This document shows positions 6,094-15,590 of a DNA stretch of 64,000 bases, in pieces. Positions within the stretch are counted from its first letter, which is position 1, and every line of letters starts with the position of its first letter. The stretch is from a virus (lineage: Duplodnaviria > Heunggongvirae > Uroviricota > Caudoviricetes). Location: positions 102,640 through 166,639 of IMG/VR virus record IMGVR_UViG_3300025838_000019, one strand, 5' to 3'. The notes below the pieces were generated by a model, which was given only the letters and a program-made list of their open reading frames with translations, was not told the origin of the DNA and did not search any database. The translations under genes were made by a program, and so were the position numbers.

Positions 6094-6167
6094 GCGGGAT
6101 TAGTTTAGTGGCAAAACGCTATCCTTCCAAGTTAGAGTTAAGAGTTCGATTCTCTTATCCCGCTCCA
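6094..6167 (+). tRNA. tRNA-Gly (anticodon TCC), detached from main array
   Basis: Identical acceptor and T-arm to tRNA-Gly(GCC) at 4050; anticodon arm CTATC-CTTCCAA-GTTAG; discriminator T, CCA encoded. Confidence 0.8.
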
Positions 6168-6250
6168 AGTTTATGCGGCAAACGTAATAACATCATGTGG
6201 ATGCCCTCCGTATGACGGCTGTGAGAATCAGTCTTGCCGCTCCATTTTAT

Positions 6251-6326
6251 AGCAGCGTAGAGAAGTAGCATCTCACCAGGTTCATACCCTCGGAGGTCGT
6301 TGGTGCAAATCCAGCCGCTGCATCCA
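6251..6326 (+). tRNA. tRNA-Met (anticodon CAT), initiator-like features
   Basis: 76 nt; 1:72 A-A mismatch and A11:T24 D-stem pair (bacterial initiator traits); anticodon arm CCAGG-TTCATAC-CCTCG; unusual T-loop TGCAAAT; CCA encoded. Confidence 0.6.
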
Positions 6327-6340
6327 TTATTGAGGATAAT

Positions 6341-6589
6341 ATGAAGCCATTGCGTAATAAAGTTATTGTTGAAAAAGTAGAATCAGATAATAAAACCGCA
6401 GGTGGTATTATTCTTCAAAGAAGTGAAGGACCAGATTTTGCAAGAATCATTGCTATTGGTCCAGAAGTAGAAAATGTTTCCGTTGGTGATGTTATTTTAG
6501 TTGACTGGAGCCGTGCAGTCAAATCAGGAGACTTCTATATCGTCACCGAAGATGATGTTGCTTTTGTATATGAGGACTACAATGAGTGA
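6341..6589 (+). CDS. GroES/Cpn10-like co-chaperonin (82 aa)
   Basis: MKPLRNKVIVEK...KTAGGIIL...VGDVILV matches the GroES pattern (RPLHDRVIV...KSAGGIVL...VGDIVIF). Confidence 0.7.
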   Translation: MKPLRNKVIVEKVESDNKTAGGIILQRSEGPDFARIIAIGPEVENVSVGDVILVDWSRAVKSGDFYIVTEDDVAFVYEDYNE

Positions 6590-6782
6590 TGGCGGCAAAG
6601 GGTCTGCACCAAGACCGTTTAGTGTTTCACAAGATGAATTTGCAAATTCATTCGAATCTATTTTTGGTAAAAAGAAACCAAAAGAGCCATACATACCCCC
6701 TCCAATCGTAATTGAAGACCAGCAAGCCGAAGATGAGGCTTTTGCTAAAATCAAAGGTGTGTACGACACCAATCAACAGTAA
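6582..6782 (+). CDS. Hypothetical protein (66 aa, MSDGGKGS...)
   Basis: ATG overlapping GroES stop; GAGGA RBS; ORF track extends to 6501 but the internal start is more plausible. Confidence 0.4.
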   Translation: MSDGGKGSAPRPFSVSQDEFANSFESIFGKKKPKEPYIPPPIVIEDQQAEDEAFAKIKGVYDTNQQ

Positions 6783-6894
6783 TTTCAACAAGTAATATTC
6801 CGGTAATTGATACAAATGCCGATGCTAATATTACTATTAATGTTCCAATCAAGATTCCTTTATCGTGCAACCATCTTAAAGTGGTTTTAAACAT
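6751..6894 (-). CDS. Small membrane peptide (47 aa)
   Basis: ATG at 6892-6894 overlaps stop of upstream minus gene by 1 nt (TAATG coupling); hydrophobic core ILIGTLIVILASAFVSITGILLV. Confidence 0.35.
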   Translation of the reverse strand: MFKTTLRWLHDKGILIGTLIVILASAFVSITGILLVEITVDWCRTHL

Positions 6895-7670
6895 TATCGT
6901 CCTGTGTAAATCTTTGGCTTGGCGGCCTCTGATCTTTCTTGTGCTGTCATTGGTATCCACCCGTCACCTAAATGTGGATATTTTTGAATTCTATCCGCAA
7001 CAACCATCGCCATCATAAATCCAACGGAACAAGAAATTATTAACGCAGCAAGTCCCCAAGCAATTTCTATTCTAAGTTGTTGTAATCTTTTTGCTCTTCT
7101 TTTTGCAGCTATATGGTCATTTTGCATTTTCTTGGAAATCAGAACCTTTTGTTCTGAACCCATTTGTTGCATCATAGCTTCAACTTCAGTATACAACGCA
7201 CCAAGTTCTGGTGGTGATTGATATACCATCAACTCACGTAAATCAACCGACATTTGTTCTAGTTGTTTACGCATCAAAACTCTTTGCAAAGCACGTTTGC
7301 CTAAACTTGTATCACCAGTATAAACTTCAGTCTTGGCACGTTTTTCTTCTTCCTCAAACACAGCCATGCACTTATAGAAGTTTTCATAGTATGTGCCTAG
7401 ATGTTCGCCAAGTTCGGTATAAATGCTTGCGGTTTCACCATCACGTTTATTAAGCTCGACAATACGATTCTTTTCTTGAATGTATTGGTTACGTTGTTCA
7501 ACGGTTGCAGGTTTATCTGGTGGATGTTTTGCGTGAAACTGGTCGTCAAGGTCCTTGAGTACGGATTTAACGTCCCCAGCAGCACTTTTTATATCCTTGT
7601 ACAGTTGGCAACCTTTTTTGACGGCTGCAACCGCACCATTGGCTAAAGCAAATAATGTTAACGGATCCAT
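6894..7670 (-). CDS. Hypothetical coiled-coil protein with C-terminal TM segment (258 aa)
   Basis: Long minus-strand ORF; predicted helical/charged with hydrophobic segment AALIISCSVGFMMAMVVA. Confidence 0.55.
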   Translation of the reverse strand: MDPLTLFALANGAVAAVKKGCQLYKDIKSAAGDVKSVLKDLDDQFHAKHPPDKPATVEQRNQYIQEKNRIVELNKRDGETASIYTELGEHLGTYYENFYKCMAVFEEEEKRAKTEVYTGDTSLGKRALQRVLMRKQLEQMSVDLRELMVYQSPPELGALYTEVEAMMQQMGSEQKVLISKKMQNDHIAAKRRAKRLQQLRIEIAWGLAALIISCSVGFMMAMVVADRIQKYPHLGDGWIPMTAQERSEAAKPKIYTGR

Positions 7671-7780
7671 TTTTATTCAGGGAAATGATGTTGTCAGAGG
7701 CAAACATAACACGGACCTATTGCAAGTCCAGACAAAATCATATATAATTCTTTATTATTTATCTAAAAGGAGTATGTAAA

Positions 7781-8089
7781 GTGGCAATTAAAATTTTGAA
7801 ATTGATTACAGGTGAAGAAGTTCTAGGTGAAATTGAGAATGAAACAGAACATCCTTACAGAATTAAAAATCCAGTTGGTGTTTCTATTGTTCGTCAACCA
7901 AGTGGCCAACCAGGAGTAGGTTTTACACCATTCCCACTACATGCACCACAGTCAAAGAATTCAACTATTGACTTACCACCAACAAGTGTAGTATACTCAT
8001 ATGAACCTGCACAAGACTTCATTGACAACTACAACCAAATCTTTGGTTCAGGTATTGTGCTTCCAAATAAACAACTGATTACAGGCTAA
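7781..8089 (+). CDS. Hypothetical protein (102 aa), GTG start
   Basis: RBS AAAGGAG 7 nt upstream of GTG; promoter-like TTGCAA-N17-TATAAT at 7720-7748. Confidence 0.5.
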   Translation: MAIKILKLITGEEVLGEIENETEHPYRIKNPVGVSIVRQPSGQPGVGFTPFPLHAPQSKNSTIDLPPTSVVYSYEPAQDFIDNYNQIFGSGIVLPNKQLITG

Positions 8090-10662
8090 TGAATTTTTAT
8101 ACTAATGTTCAATCATTCGGTGGCAGTATTCTTTACCGTGGCATACGAGACGGTAAAAGAGTCAAGCTAAAGATTGATTATGAACCATCTTTGTTTCTAC
8201 CTTCAACCAAAAAAGTAGAGACACCTTTCAAATCTCTTGAAGGCATTCCCCTAGAACGCAAAAAGTTTGATTCGATACGTGAAGCGAGAGACTTTGTTAA
8301 ACGTTACCAAGACATTCCTGGTGCGCCCCTGATCTATGGTCAAACACGATTTGAGTATGCATTTATTGGTGACCAACACAAAGGCATGATTGACTTTGAT
8401 CCGTCATTGATCGATGTTGACTTTCTTGATATTGAAGTTGGTTCTGAAAACGGTTTCCCTGATCCATACGAAGCAAACGAACCTATTACTGCCATTGGTC
8501 TGAAAAGACATGGCCGTAGTATGGTCGTTTGGGGTTGCGGTGATTATGACCGTGAAAAAGATAAAAGTAATCCTGATATCGTTGTAACATATATCAAGTG
8601 TAAAGATGAATGGTCTTTATGTAAACAATTCATCACATATTGGCAACAACATTATCCAGACATTATGACTGGCTGGAACACCGAGTTCTTTGATATTCCG
8701 TATCTTGTAAACCGTTTCCGTAAAATTCTTGGTGAAGATGACACTAAGAAGTTGTCGCCATGGAATTTCATTGGTGAACGTAAAGTCAACGTCAACGGTA
8801 AGATGTTAACCAGTTACACCTTGACTGGTATTGCACACTTAGATTATATTGAACTCTACAAATGGTATTCTCCTAACGGCAAGTCACAAGAATCTTATCG
8901 TTTGGACGCAATCGCTTCATCAGAAATCGGTGAAAATAAGTTGTCTTATGAAGAATTTGATAACCTACATGCACTATATCGATTAGATCACCAAAAGTTT
9001 ATTGAGTATAACATCAAAGACGTTGTGCTTGTTGAACGTATTGATGACAAACTGAAGCTGATTGAACTGGCCATCACTTTGACATACGACACCAAATCAA
9101 ACATGGAAGATGTGTTTGCACAAACTCGTATGTGGGATGCTCTGACTTATTGTTATCTACGTGACCAAAACATCATCGTACCACCACGTATCGTCAAAGA
9201 AAAAGACGGTATGTTTGAAGGTGCATACGTGAAAGAACCACAAACTGGTGCTCACGATTGGGTTGCATCGTTTGACTTGGACAGTTTGTATCCTCACTTG
9301 ATGATGCAATACAATATCAGTCCTGAAACACTGATTGAGCCAGAAGATTACACACAAGAAATGCGTGATGTTATTTCTCAAGGTGTCACGGTTGATAAGA
9401 TGTTAAATAAGGAAGTCAACACAGATAACCTTAATGGTGTTACCCTGACACCAAACGGTCAATTCTTCCGTACAGATAAACAAGGTTTCTTGCCTAAGAT
9501 GTTGGAAGAAATGTATGAAGACCGTAAACGATTTAAGAAGATGATGTTGGCAGCCAAACAGGAGTTGGAAAATGAACCAGACACATCAAAACACCGAGAA
9601 ATCGAAAAACGAATTGCACAGTACAACAACATCCAGCTTGCTAAAAAAGTTGGTCTCAATAGTGCGTACGGCGCTCTTGGTTCTCAGTATTTCCGTTTTT
9701 ACGATCTCCGTATGGCTCTGGGTGTTACATCAGCCGGCAAGTTATCTATTAGATGGATTGAAAATAAAATAAATGCATACATGAACAAAATCTTGGGTAC
9801 AACAGACCAAGATTATGTTATTGCATCAGACACAGATTCGATTTACCTACGACTGAATGAATTGGTTCTGAAGGTCTATGGCGTTGACAAATCAGTTGCA
9901 ATGCCTAAGATCAAAGTGATTGACTTCATGGATCGTGTTTGTGAAGATCGTATTCGTCCTTACATCGACAAATCGTACCAAGAATTGGCCGAGTATGTTC
10001 ATGCGTATAAACAAAAAATGCGTATGAAACGTGAGGGTCTATCTGATCGTGGAATCTGGACAGCCAAGAAACGTTACATTCTAAACGTATACGACAATGA
10101 AGGTGTTCGTTACAATGAACCTGATTTGAAAGTCATGGGTCTTGAAATGATTAAATCTTCAACACCATCGGCTGTTCGTACCAAGATGAGAGAACTGGTC
10201 AAGGTCATGATTTCAGGTGGTGAAAAAGATGTGCAAAATTTTGTTGCTTCTTTCCGTGAAGAATTCTACAAGCTGGCACCAGAAGATATTTCTTTCCCTC
10301 GTGGTTGTAATGGCATTGGTAACTATACCGATAAACTGACCTTGTACAAGAAAGGCACACCAATTCATGTTCGTGGTGCAATCTTGTACAACCACTATCT
10401 AAAAGAAAGAGGCTTGGTTAAGAAGTATCCTTTCATTCAAGAAGGTGAGAAAGTTAAGTTTGCATATCTTAAAATGCCAAACACATTTAAAGATAACGTC
10501 ATATCTTTTCCCGGTAGACTTCCGCAGGAATTTGACATTCACAAGTTTATCGATTATGATATGCAATTCAGTAAAACTTTCCTTGAGCCGATTCGTGTGA
10601 TTGTTGAACAAGTTGGATGGAAAGTAGAGCACGTTGATTCTATTGAGGACTTCTTTTCATGA
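8089..10662 (+). CDS. Family B DNA polymerase, T4 gp43-like (857 aa)
   Basis: Exo I FLDIEV, Pol motif A DLDSLYPHLMMQYNISPET (DxxSLYPS), motif C IASDTDSIYL (YGDTDS-like). Confidence 0.9.
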   Translation: MNFYTNVQSFGGSILYRGIRDGKRVKLKIDYEPSLFLPSTKKVETPFKSLEGIPLERKKFDSIREARDFVKRYQDIPGAPLIYGQTRFEYAFIGDQHKGMIDFDPSLIDVDFLDIEVGSENGFPDPYEANEPITAIGLKRHGRSMVVWGCGDYDREKDKSNPDIVVTYIKCKDEWSLCKQFITYWQQHYPDIMTGWNTEFFDIPYLVNRFRKILGEDDTKKLSPWNFIGERKVNVNGKMLTSYTLTGIAHLDYIELYKWYSPNGKSQESYRLDAIASSEIGENKLSYEEFDNLHALYRLDHQKFIEYNIKDVVLVERIDDKLKLIELAITLTYDTKSNMEDVFAQTRMWDALTYCYLRDQNIIVPPRIVKEKDGMFEGAYVKEPQTGAHDWVASFDLDSLYPHLMMQYNISPETLIEPEDYTQEMRDVISQGVTVDKMLNKEVNTDNLNGVTLTPNGQFFRTDKQGFLPKMLEEMYEDRKRFKKMMLAAKQELENEPDTSKHREIEKRIAQYNNIQLAKKVGLNSAYGALGSQYFRFYDLRMALGVTSAGKLSIRWIENKINAYMNKILGTTDQDYVIASDTDSIYLRLNELVLKVYGVDKSVAMPKIKVIDFMDRVCEDRIRPYIDKSYQELAEYVHAYKQKMRMKREGLSDRGIWTAKKRYILNVYDNEGVRYNEPDLKVMGLEMIKSSTPSAVRTKMRELVKVMISGGEKDVQNFVASFREEFYKLAPEDISFPRGCNGIGNYTDKLTLYKKGTPIHVRGAILYNHYLKERGLVKKYPFIQEGEKVKFAYLKMPNTFKDNVISFPGRLPQEFDIHKFIDYDMQFSKTFLEPIRVIVEQVGWKVEHVDSIEDFFS

Positions 10663-11495
10663 TGATATTTTTAACCTTTCTATCAGCACTATTATTATCT
10701 GGTATTGCAGAGTATTATTCAATCATTGGTTTGGCATCCATTTTCCCTGGCGTTTTTTGGCCAGTGGTTGCAATGGGTGCCACTCTTGGTTTTGCCAAGA
10801 TCATTGCAACATCTTGGGTGTATCGTAATTGGGATACCGCACCAAGAGCATTGAAATACTATTTGACTTCAGCTGTGGTGATTTTAATGATGATTACCAG
10901 TATGGGTATCTTTGGTTATTTGTCAAAGGCACATATTGACTCTACATTGGCATCTGGTGATAATATTGTTGAATTGAAAACAATTGAACAACAAGAAAAA
11001 GGTACCAGAGAAAGATTGGAATACTTGCTTGCAAGAGCAAAGGATCCATCAACCGCATCAAACAAATTGGATAAACAAATCCAAGAGACACAAAAAGAAT
11101 TATCCGATATCAATCAGAGAAAGGCACCTTTACTCAAAGAAAGTAATAAATTGACCGCAGAGGTCGGACCTATCGCCTACGTGGCACAAATGTTCTTTGA
11201 AGGTGATAATGCTCTAGACCGTGCAGTTCGTTTGGTAATCTTTGCAATCATACTTGTATTTGACCCGCTAGCTGTGTTATTATTGATAGCAGGTAATATT
11301 TCGTTGAAGAATAGAATTGTCGCAGAGCAAAAGAAAACAATCAGAACACCAGTTGAAGAATTGGATATTCCAGTGTTTACTCAAAACAATACTGTTGCGA
11401 TTGACAAATCTAATATTGCTGAAGTGAAGCCCGCACCAACAACCAACTATGATTATGATTCATCATTCTCGTTTCGTAAAAAGGAAAAACAATGA
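10659..11495 (+). CDS. Membrane protein with coiled-coil region (278 aa)
   Basis: ATGA-coupled to polymerase; several hydrophobic helices at N-terminus and middle. Confidence 0.55.
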   Translation: MMIFLTFLSALLLSGIAEYYSIIGLASIFPGVFWPVVAMGATLGFAKIIATSWVYRNWDTAPRALKYYLTSAVVILMMITSMGIFGYLSKAHIDSTLASGDNIVELKTIEQQEKGTRERLEYLLARAKDPSTASNKLDKQIQETQKELSDINQRKAPLLKESNKLTAEVGPIAYVAQMFFEGDNALDRAVRLVIFAIILVFDPLAVLLLIAGNISLKNRIVAEQKKTIRTPVEELDIPVFTQNNTVAIDKSNIAEVKPAPTTNYDYDSSFSFRKKEKQ

Positions 11496-12562
11496 GCATA
11501 CTTGACAAAATTAAAAAGAACAGCAGCATCAAAGAGTCTGCAATTCTATCCAAATCAAAGTTCTTTAGTGATAAAGATATGATTCCGACCGCAATTCCAG
11601 CAATCAACATTGCATTGTCTGGTAAATTGGATGGTGGTTTAACACCAGGTCTTACTATGTGGGCAGGTCCATCCAAACATTTTAAGACTGCATTTTCTTT
11701 GTTGATGGCCAAATCTTATCTAGACAAATATGATGATGCTGCACTTCTTTTTTATGATTCTGAGTTTGGCACTCCTCAATCTTATTTCGATTCCTTCGGC
11801 ATTGATACTAATCGTGTCCTTCATACTCCTCTTACTGACATTGAACAGTTGAAGTTTGACATTATGGCTCAGTTGACCAATCTAGAACGTGGTGATAAGT
11901 TGATTATTATTATTGATTCGATTGGTAACTTGGCATCTAAGAAAGAAGTTGAAGATGCATTGGCAGAAAAATCAGTTGCTGATATGAGCCGTGCAAAACA
12001 AGTCAAGTCTTTGTTCCGTATGGTAACACCACACTTGACTATGAAAGATATTCCAATGATTGTTGTGAACCACACATATAAAGAAATTGGCATGTTCCCT
12101 AAAGATATCGTAGGCGGTGGTACTGGTTCATATTACTCAGCTGATAACATTTTCATTCTTGGTCGCCAGCAAGAAAAAGATGGTTCTGAAGTCACTGGTT
12201 ATAACTTTATTATCAATGTCGAAAAATCCCGTTACGTTAAAGAAAAATCTAAAATACCTGTTACTGTATTGCATGATGGTGGTATTAACAAGTGGTCTGG
12301 TCTACTTGATATCGCACTCGAAAGCAAGCACGTTATAAAACCAAAAGCTGGTTGGTATCAACGTGTTACAGAAGATGGTGAAATTGAAGAAAAGAATTAC
12401 CGTGAGAAAGACACCAACACTGGTGCTTTCTGGTTGCCTATTCTGAAGCAAAAATCTTTCCAACAATTCGTTGAAGATAAGTATCGTATTGCATCCGGCA
12501 ATATTATGCAAGAAGAAGTAGAAGAAACCTTTGATGAGGTACAAACAACAAACGGAGAATGA
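11492..12562 (+). CDS. uvsX: UvsX-like RecA-family recombinase (356 aa)
   Basis: N-terminus KSKFFSDKDMIPTAIPAINIALSGKLDGGLTPGLTMWAGPSKHFKT parallels T4 UvsX (SKFFNEKDVVRTKIPMMNIALSG...ILAGPSKSFKS). Confidence 0.85.
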   Translation: MSILDKIKKNSSIKESAILSKSKFFSDKDMIPTAIPAINIALSGKLDGGLTPGLTMWAGPSKHFKTAFSLLMAKSYLDKYDDAALLFYDSEFGTPQSYFDSFGIDTNRVLHTPLTDIEQLKFDIMAQLTNLERGDKLIIIIDSIGNLASKKEVEDALAEKSVADMSRAKQVKSLFRMVTPHLTMKDIPMIVVNHTYKEIGMFPKDIVGGGTGSYYSADNIFILGRQQEKDGSEVTGYNFIINVEKSRYVKEKSKIPVTVLHDGGINKWSGLLDIALESKHVIKPKAGWYQRVTEDGEIEEKNYREKDTNTGAFWLPILKQKSFQQFVEDKYRIASGNIMQEEVEETFDEVQTTNGE

Positions 12563-12563
12563 T

Positions 12564-12812
12564 ATGAGCACCGAAGAAGACAAGTTCAAACACAGCAAAC
12601 GTCTACTTAAAAACGAAAACGCTGTTAAGAAGCAAGCCAAGATTGCCAAAGAAAATGGTATGACGGTAAAAGAACCTCATAAATTTGAAAAACAACATGC
12701 AATGAATTGTGGCAATCCTAATTGTATGTTGTGTTCAAATCCTCGTAAAATATTTGGAGAAAAGACTATGCAAGAACGTAAGTTTGAACAAACGGAGGGC
12801 TGGGATGGTTGA
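12564..12812 (+). CDS. Hypothetical protein (82 aa) with CxxC...C..C cluster
   Basis: GGAG RBS 6 nt before ATG 12564; NCGNPNCMLCSNP. Confidence 0.45.
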   Translation: MSTEEDKFKHSKRLLKNENAVKKQAKIAKENGMTVKEPHKFEKQHAMNCGNPNCMLCSNPRKIFGEKTMQERKFEQTEGWDG

Positions 12813-13125
12813 AGGCCTAGATTATTGTTTCATCTACCCTAAAGAAGATGCTCAAACAGTACACATTAAATTTTTAGAAGGACCTTACAAAGATACCGTA
12901 TTCAAATACGGTAAGGTAAAGTTTAAGGAAGAAAACGACCAGGTCTATTTACTTTTTGCGTATGATGTGTTAGAATCTCCTGTAAATAAGCCAAGTAAGT
13001 TGGAGAAAGATGATGCTTTCAAAAATTATATTGGTGATTTATTAGTAAGCATTATGAGTGGAAACCTAGAACAGGATATTATTGATGAAACTGGAACAGA
13101 CGATTCTCAAGAATCTAATTTATAA
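12805..13125 (+). CDS. Hypothetical protein (106 aa)
   Basis: GGAGGG RBS before ATG 12805; in the T4 gene-40 position between uvsX and helicase. Confidence 0.4.
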   Translation: MVEGLDYCFIYPKEDAQTVHIKFLEGPYKDTVFKYGKVKFKEENDQVYLLFAYDVLESPVNKPSKLEKDDAFKNYIGDLLVSIMSGNLEQDIIDETGTDDSQESNL

Positions 13126-14479
13126 TGATGAATATTTGCGGAAAGTTCTCCCGTTTCTTAAACCCGAATATTTCTCTGAGAATTCCGACCGCACATTGTT
13201 CAACGAGTTACACCAATTCGTACAAGATTACAATGGTGCGCCAACGGTTGAAGCACTTACATTGGCCATCGAAGACCGGAGAAATCTCACGAATGATGAA
13301 ATGGAAAGATGCAAAGAGAGTTTACAAGAGATTGCATCATCTACACTTGAAGGATCAGAACTTCAATGGCTTGTTGATAGGACCGAAAAGTTCTGTCAAG
13401 AGAAAGCAGTCTACAACGCAGTATTGGGGGCAATTTCTATACTTGACGGGAAGGACAAAACTTCCGAGAAAGGTGCGATTCCCAAGATATTATCGGATGC
13501 CTTGGCTGTAAGCTTTGATAGTTCCGTAGGTCATGATTATTTGGAAAACTCGGATGAACGATATCAATTCTACCACAGACACGAAGAAAGAATCCCATTC
13601 GATTTGGAATTCTTTAACAAGATTACAAAAGGCGGTCTTCCAGCCAAAACGCTCAACATCGCATTGGCAGGAACTGGCGTTGGTAAGTCTCTTTTTATGT
13701 GCCATGTGGCTTCTAGTTGCATGGTACTGGGTAAAAATGTACTTTACATAACAATGGAAATGGCTGAAGAAAGAATTGCGGAACGTATTGATGCAAATCT
13801 TTTGAATGTGACCGTTGATGATTTAGTGTCTATGCCTAAAGATATGTTTGATAAACGAATCAACAAACTACGTGAGAAGACTGTTGGTAAATTAATCATC
13901 AAAGAATATCCAACCGCATCGGCTTCTGTTACACACTTTAGGACACTACTCAATGAGCTCAATCTCAAAAGGTCTTTTAAGCCTGACATTATTTTCGTGG
14001 ATTATCTTAATATCTGTTGTAGTTCAAGACTCAAAGCCGGAGCCAACGTCAACAGTTACACTTATGTCAAAGCTATCGCAGAAGAATTGCGAGGTCTTGC
14101 CGTTGAATTCGGACTACCAATTGTTTCTGCTACGCAAACTACAAGAAGCGGATTTAGTTCATCTGACCCAGGGTTGGAAGATACAAGCGAGTCTTTTGGT
14201 CTGCCAGCAACCGCAGACTTGATGTTTGCTCTTATTTCATCCGAAGAACTAGAAGAAATGGGACAGATTATGGTCAAGCAATTGAAGAATCGTTACAATG
14301 ATCCAACATATCTGAAACGATTCACACTTGGCATCGACCGTTCTAAAATGAGATTGTATGACGTTGAACAATCAGCACAGCAAGGCTTGGCTGATGCTGG
14401 TCATAGTGACAAACCTATAAACACATTCGGCAATAGAGAAAAACCTACCAAGAAGGCATTTGATGGATTTAAAGTTTGA
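13085..14479 (+). CDS. DnaB-family replicative helicase, T4 gp41-like (464 aa)
   Basis: Walker A LAGTGVGKS, NVLYITMEMAEE...RIDANLL block nearly identical to T4 gp41 (NVLYISMEMAEE...RIDANML). Confidence 0.9.
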   Translation: MKLEQTILKNLIYNDEYLRKVLPFLKPEYFSENSDRTLFNELHQFVQDYNGAPTVEALTLAIEDRRNLTNDEMERCKESLQEIASSTLEGSELQWLVDRTEKFCQEKAVYNAVLGAISILDGKDKTSEKGAIPKILSDALAVSFDSSVGHDYLENSDERYQFYHRHEERIPFDLEFFNKITKGGLPAKTLNIALAGTGVGKSLFMCHVASSCMVLGKNVLYITMEMAEERIAERIDANLLNVTVDDLVSMPKDMFDKRINKLREKTVGKLIIKEYPTASASVTHFRTLLNELNLKRSFKPDIIFVDYLNICCSSRLKAGANVNSYTYVKAIAEELRGLAVEFGLPIVSATQTTRSGFSSSDPGLEDTSESFGLPATADLMFALISSEELEEMGQIMVKQLKNRYNDPTYLKRFTLGIDRSKMRLYDVEQSAQQGLADAGHSDKPINTFGNREKPTKKAFDGFKV

Positions 14480-15569
14480 TGAAGCCTTGCATTGTGCAAA
14501 GGTATTTGAAAATTATTTTGGTAACTTCAATCGCATCGATGAATATATGAAGGATCAAAAACTCAAGTCACTTAGTGGTTTGGGTGATCCTTTGTTTCCA
14601 TTGGAAGATGACTTGTTCTCCGATTTTACGATGCATCCAAAAGATATGAATTTTGAAATCATCGAAATGCAAACTGAATCGTGGGAAAACTTGTTGAACA
14701 TTACCAGTTCACACATCAACATTTCTCCTGTTGGTCGTCAGGTTAGGCTTGCTGTTAGAGAAACCAATACAGGTAAGATTGTTGGCTTCTTGAGACTTGG
14801 TTCTCCAGTTATCAACATGAAGCCTCGTAATGAAATGCTAGGTCAGGTCTTCACACAACAAAAAGAATGGGGTACTCGTTTCAATAACTCTGCTATGATG
14901 GGTTTTGTTATTGTGCCAGCACAACCTTTCGGTTACAATTATCTTGGTGGAAAGTTACTTGCAGGTATCTGTACTAGCCATGAAGTGCGTGAAATTGTCA
15001 ACAAGAAGTATGGCATGAACCTGTGCCTATTTGAAACCACAAGTCTGTATGGTTCATCTAAGACCGTGTCTCAATATGATGGCATGAAACCCTTCATTCG
15101 TTACAAAGGTTTGACCGACTCTGATTTTATTCCTATGATGCACGGCCAAGAGTATGATGACCTAGTTGCATTTGTAAAAGATAAAGTTGGTGATATTGTA
15201 GATGAAGATGCTTCAAGTAAGAAGTTGAAAACCACAATGAAGATTATTGCCATGGTTAAAGCATCATTAAAGAGTGATAAAGACGCTTTAAGTGCATTTA
15301 ATGATACAATAACAAAAGCCAAAGACTTGACCGAACAGAAACGTTACTATATCAGTGACTATGGTTTCAAGAATATGGTTGACTATGTGAACTGCAAAAC
15401 TGATGTGTTGATTCCTGGTGAGAACTATGCAAAACATAAAATGGCCAACATTGTTGAATGGTGGAGAAGTAAAGCAATCAATCGTTATGCAACACTACAT
15501 AATGAAGGTCGTTTGAGAACAGAATTGGAAGTCTGGACTTCTGGTAAGGACATTCAGATTATCAGATAA
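14460..15569 (+). CDS. Hypothetical protein (369 aa) in the position T4 uses for primase
   Basis: Long ORF coupled to helicase; no recognisable motif; true gp61-like primase is at 33323. Confidence 0.5.
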   Translation: MMDLKFDEALHCAKVFENYFGNFNRIDEYMKDQKLKSLSGLGDPLFPLEDDLFSDFTMHPKDMNFEIIEMQTESWENLLNITSSHINISPVGRQVRLAVRETNTGKIVGFLRLGSPVINMKPRNEMLGQVFTQQKEWGTRFNNSAMMGFVIVPAQPFGYNYLGGKLLAGICTSHEVREIVNKKYGMNLCLFETTSLYGSSKTVSQYDGMKPFIRYKGLTDSDFIPMMHGQEYDDLVAFVKDKVGDIVDEDASSKKLKTTMKIIAMVKASLKSDKDALSAFNDTITKAKDLTEQKRYYISDYGFKNMVDYVNCKTDVLIPGENYAKHKMANIVEWWRSKAINRYATLHNEGRLRTELEVWTSGKDIQIIR

Positions 15570-15590
15570 ATACTTCCATTTGAGGTTCAA

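Noticed and set aside
7211-7779. Several short plus-strand ORFs (7211-7453, 7401-7646, 7555-7779) and minus 7397-7585
   Set aside because: All are nested inside or antisense to the 258-aa minus-strand gene 6894-7670 and lack starts with RBS. The 7671-7780 stretch is better explained as a divergent promoter region.
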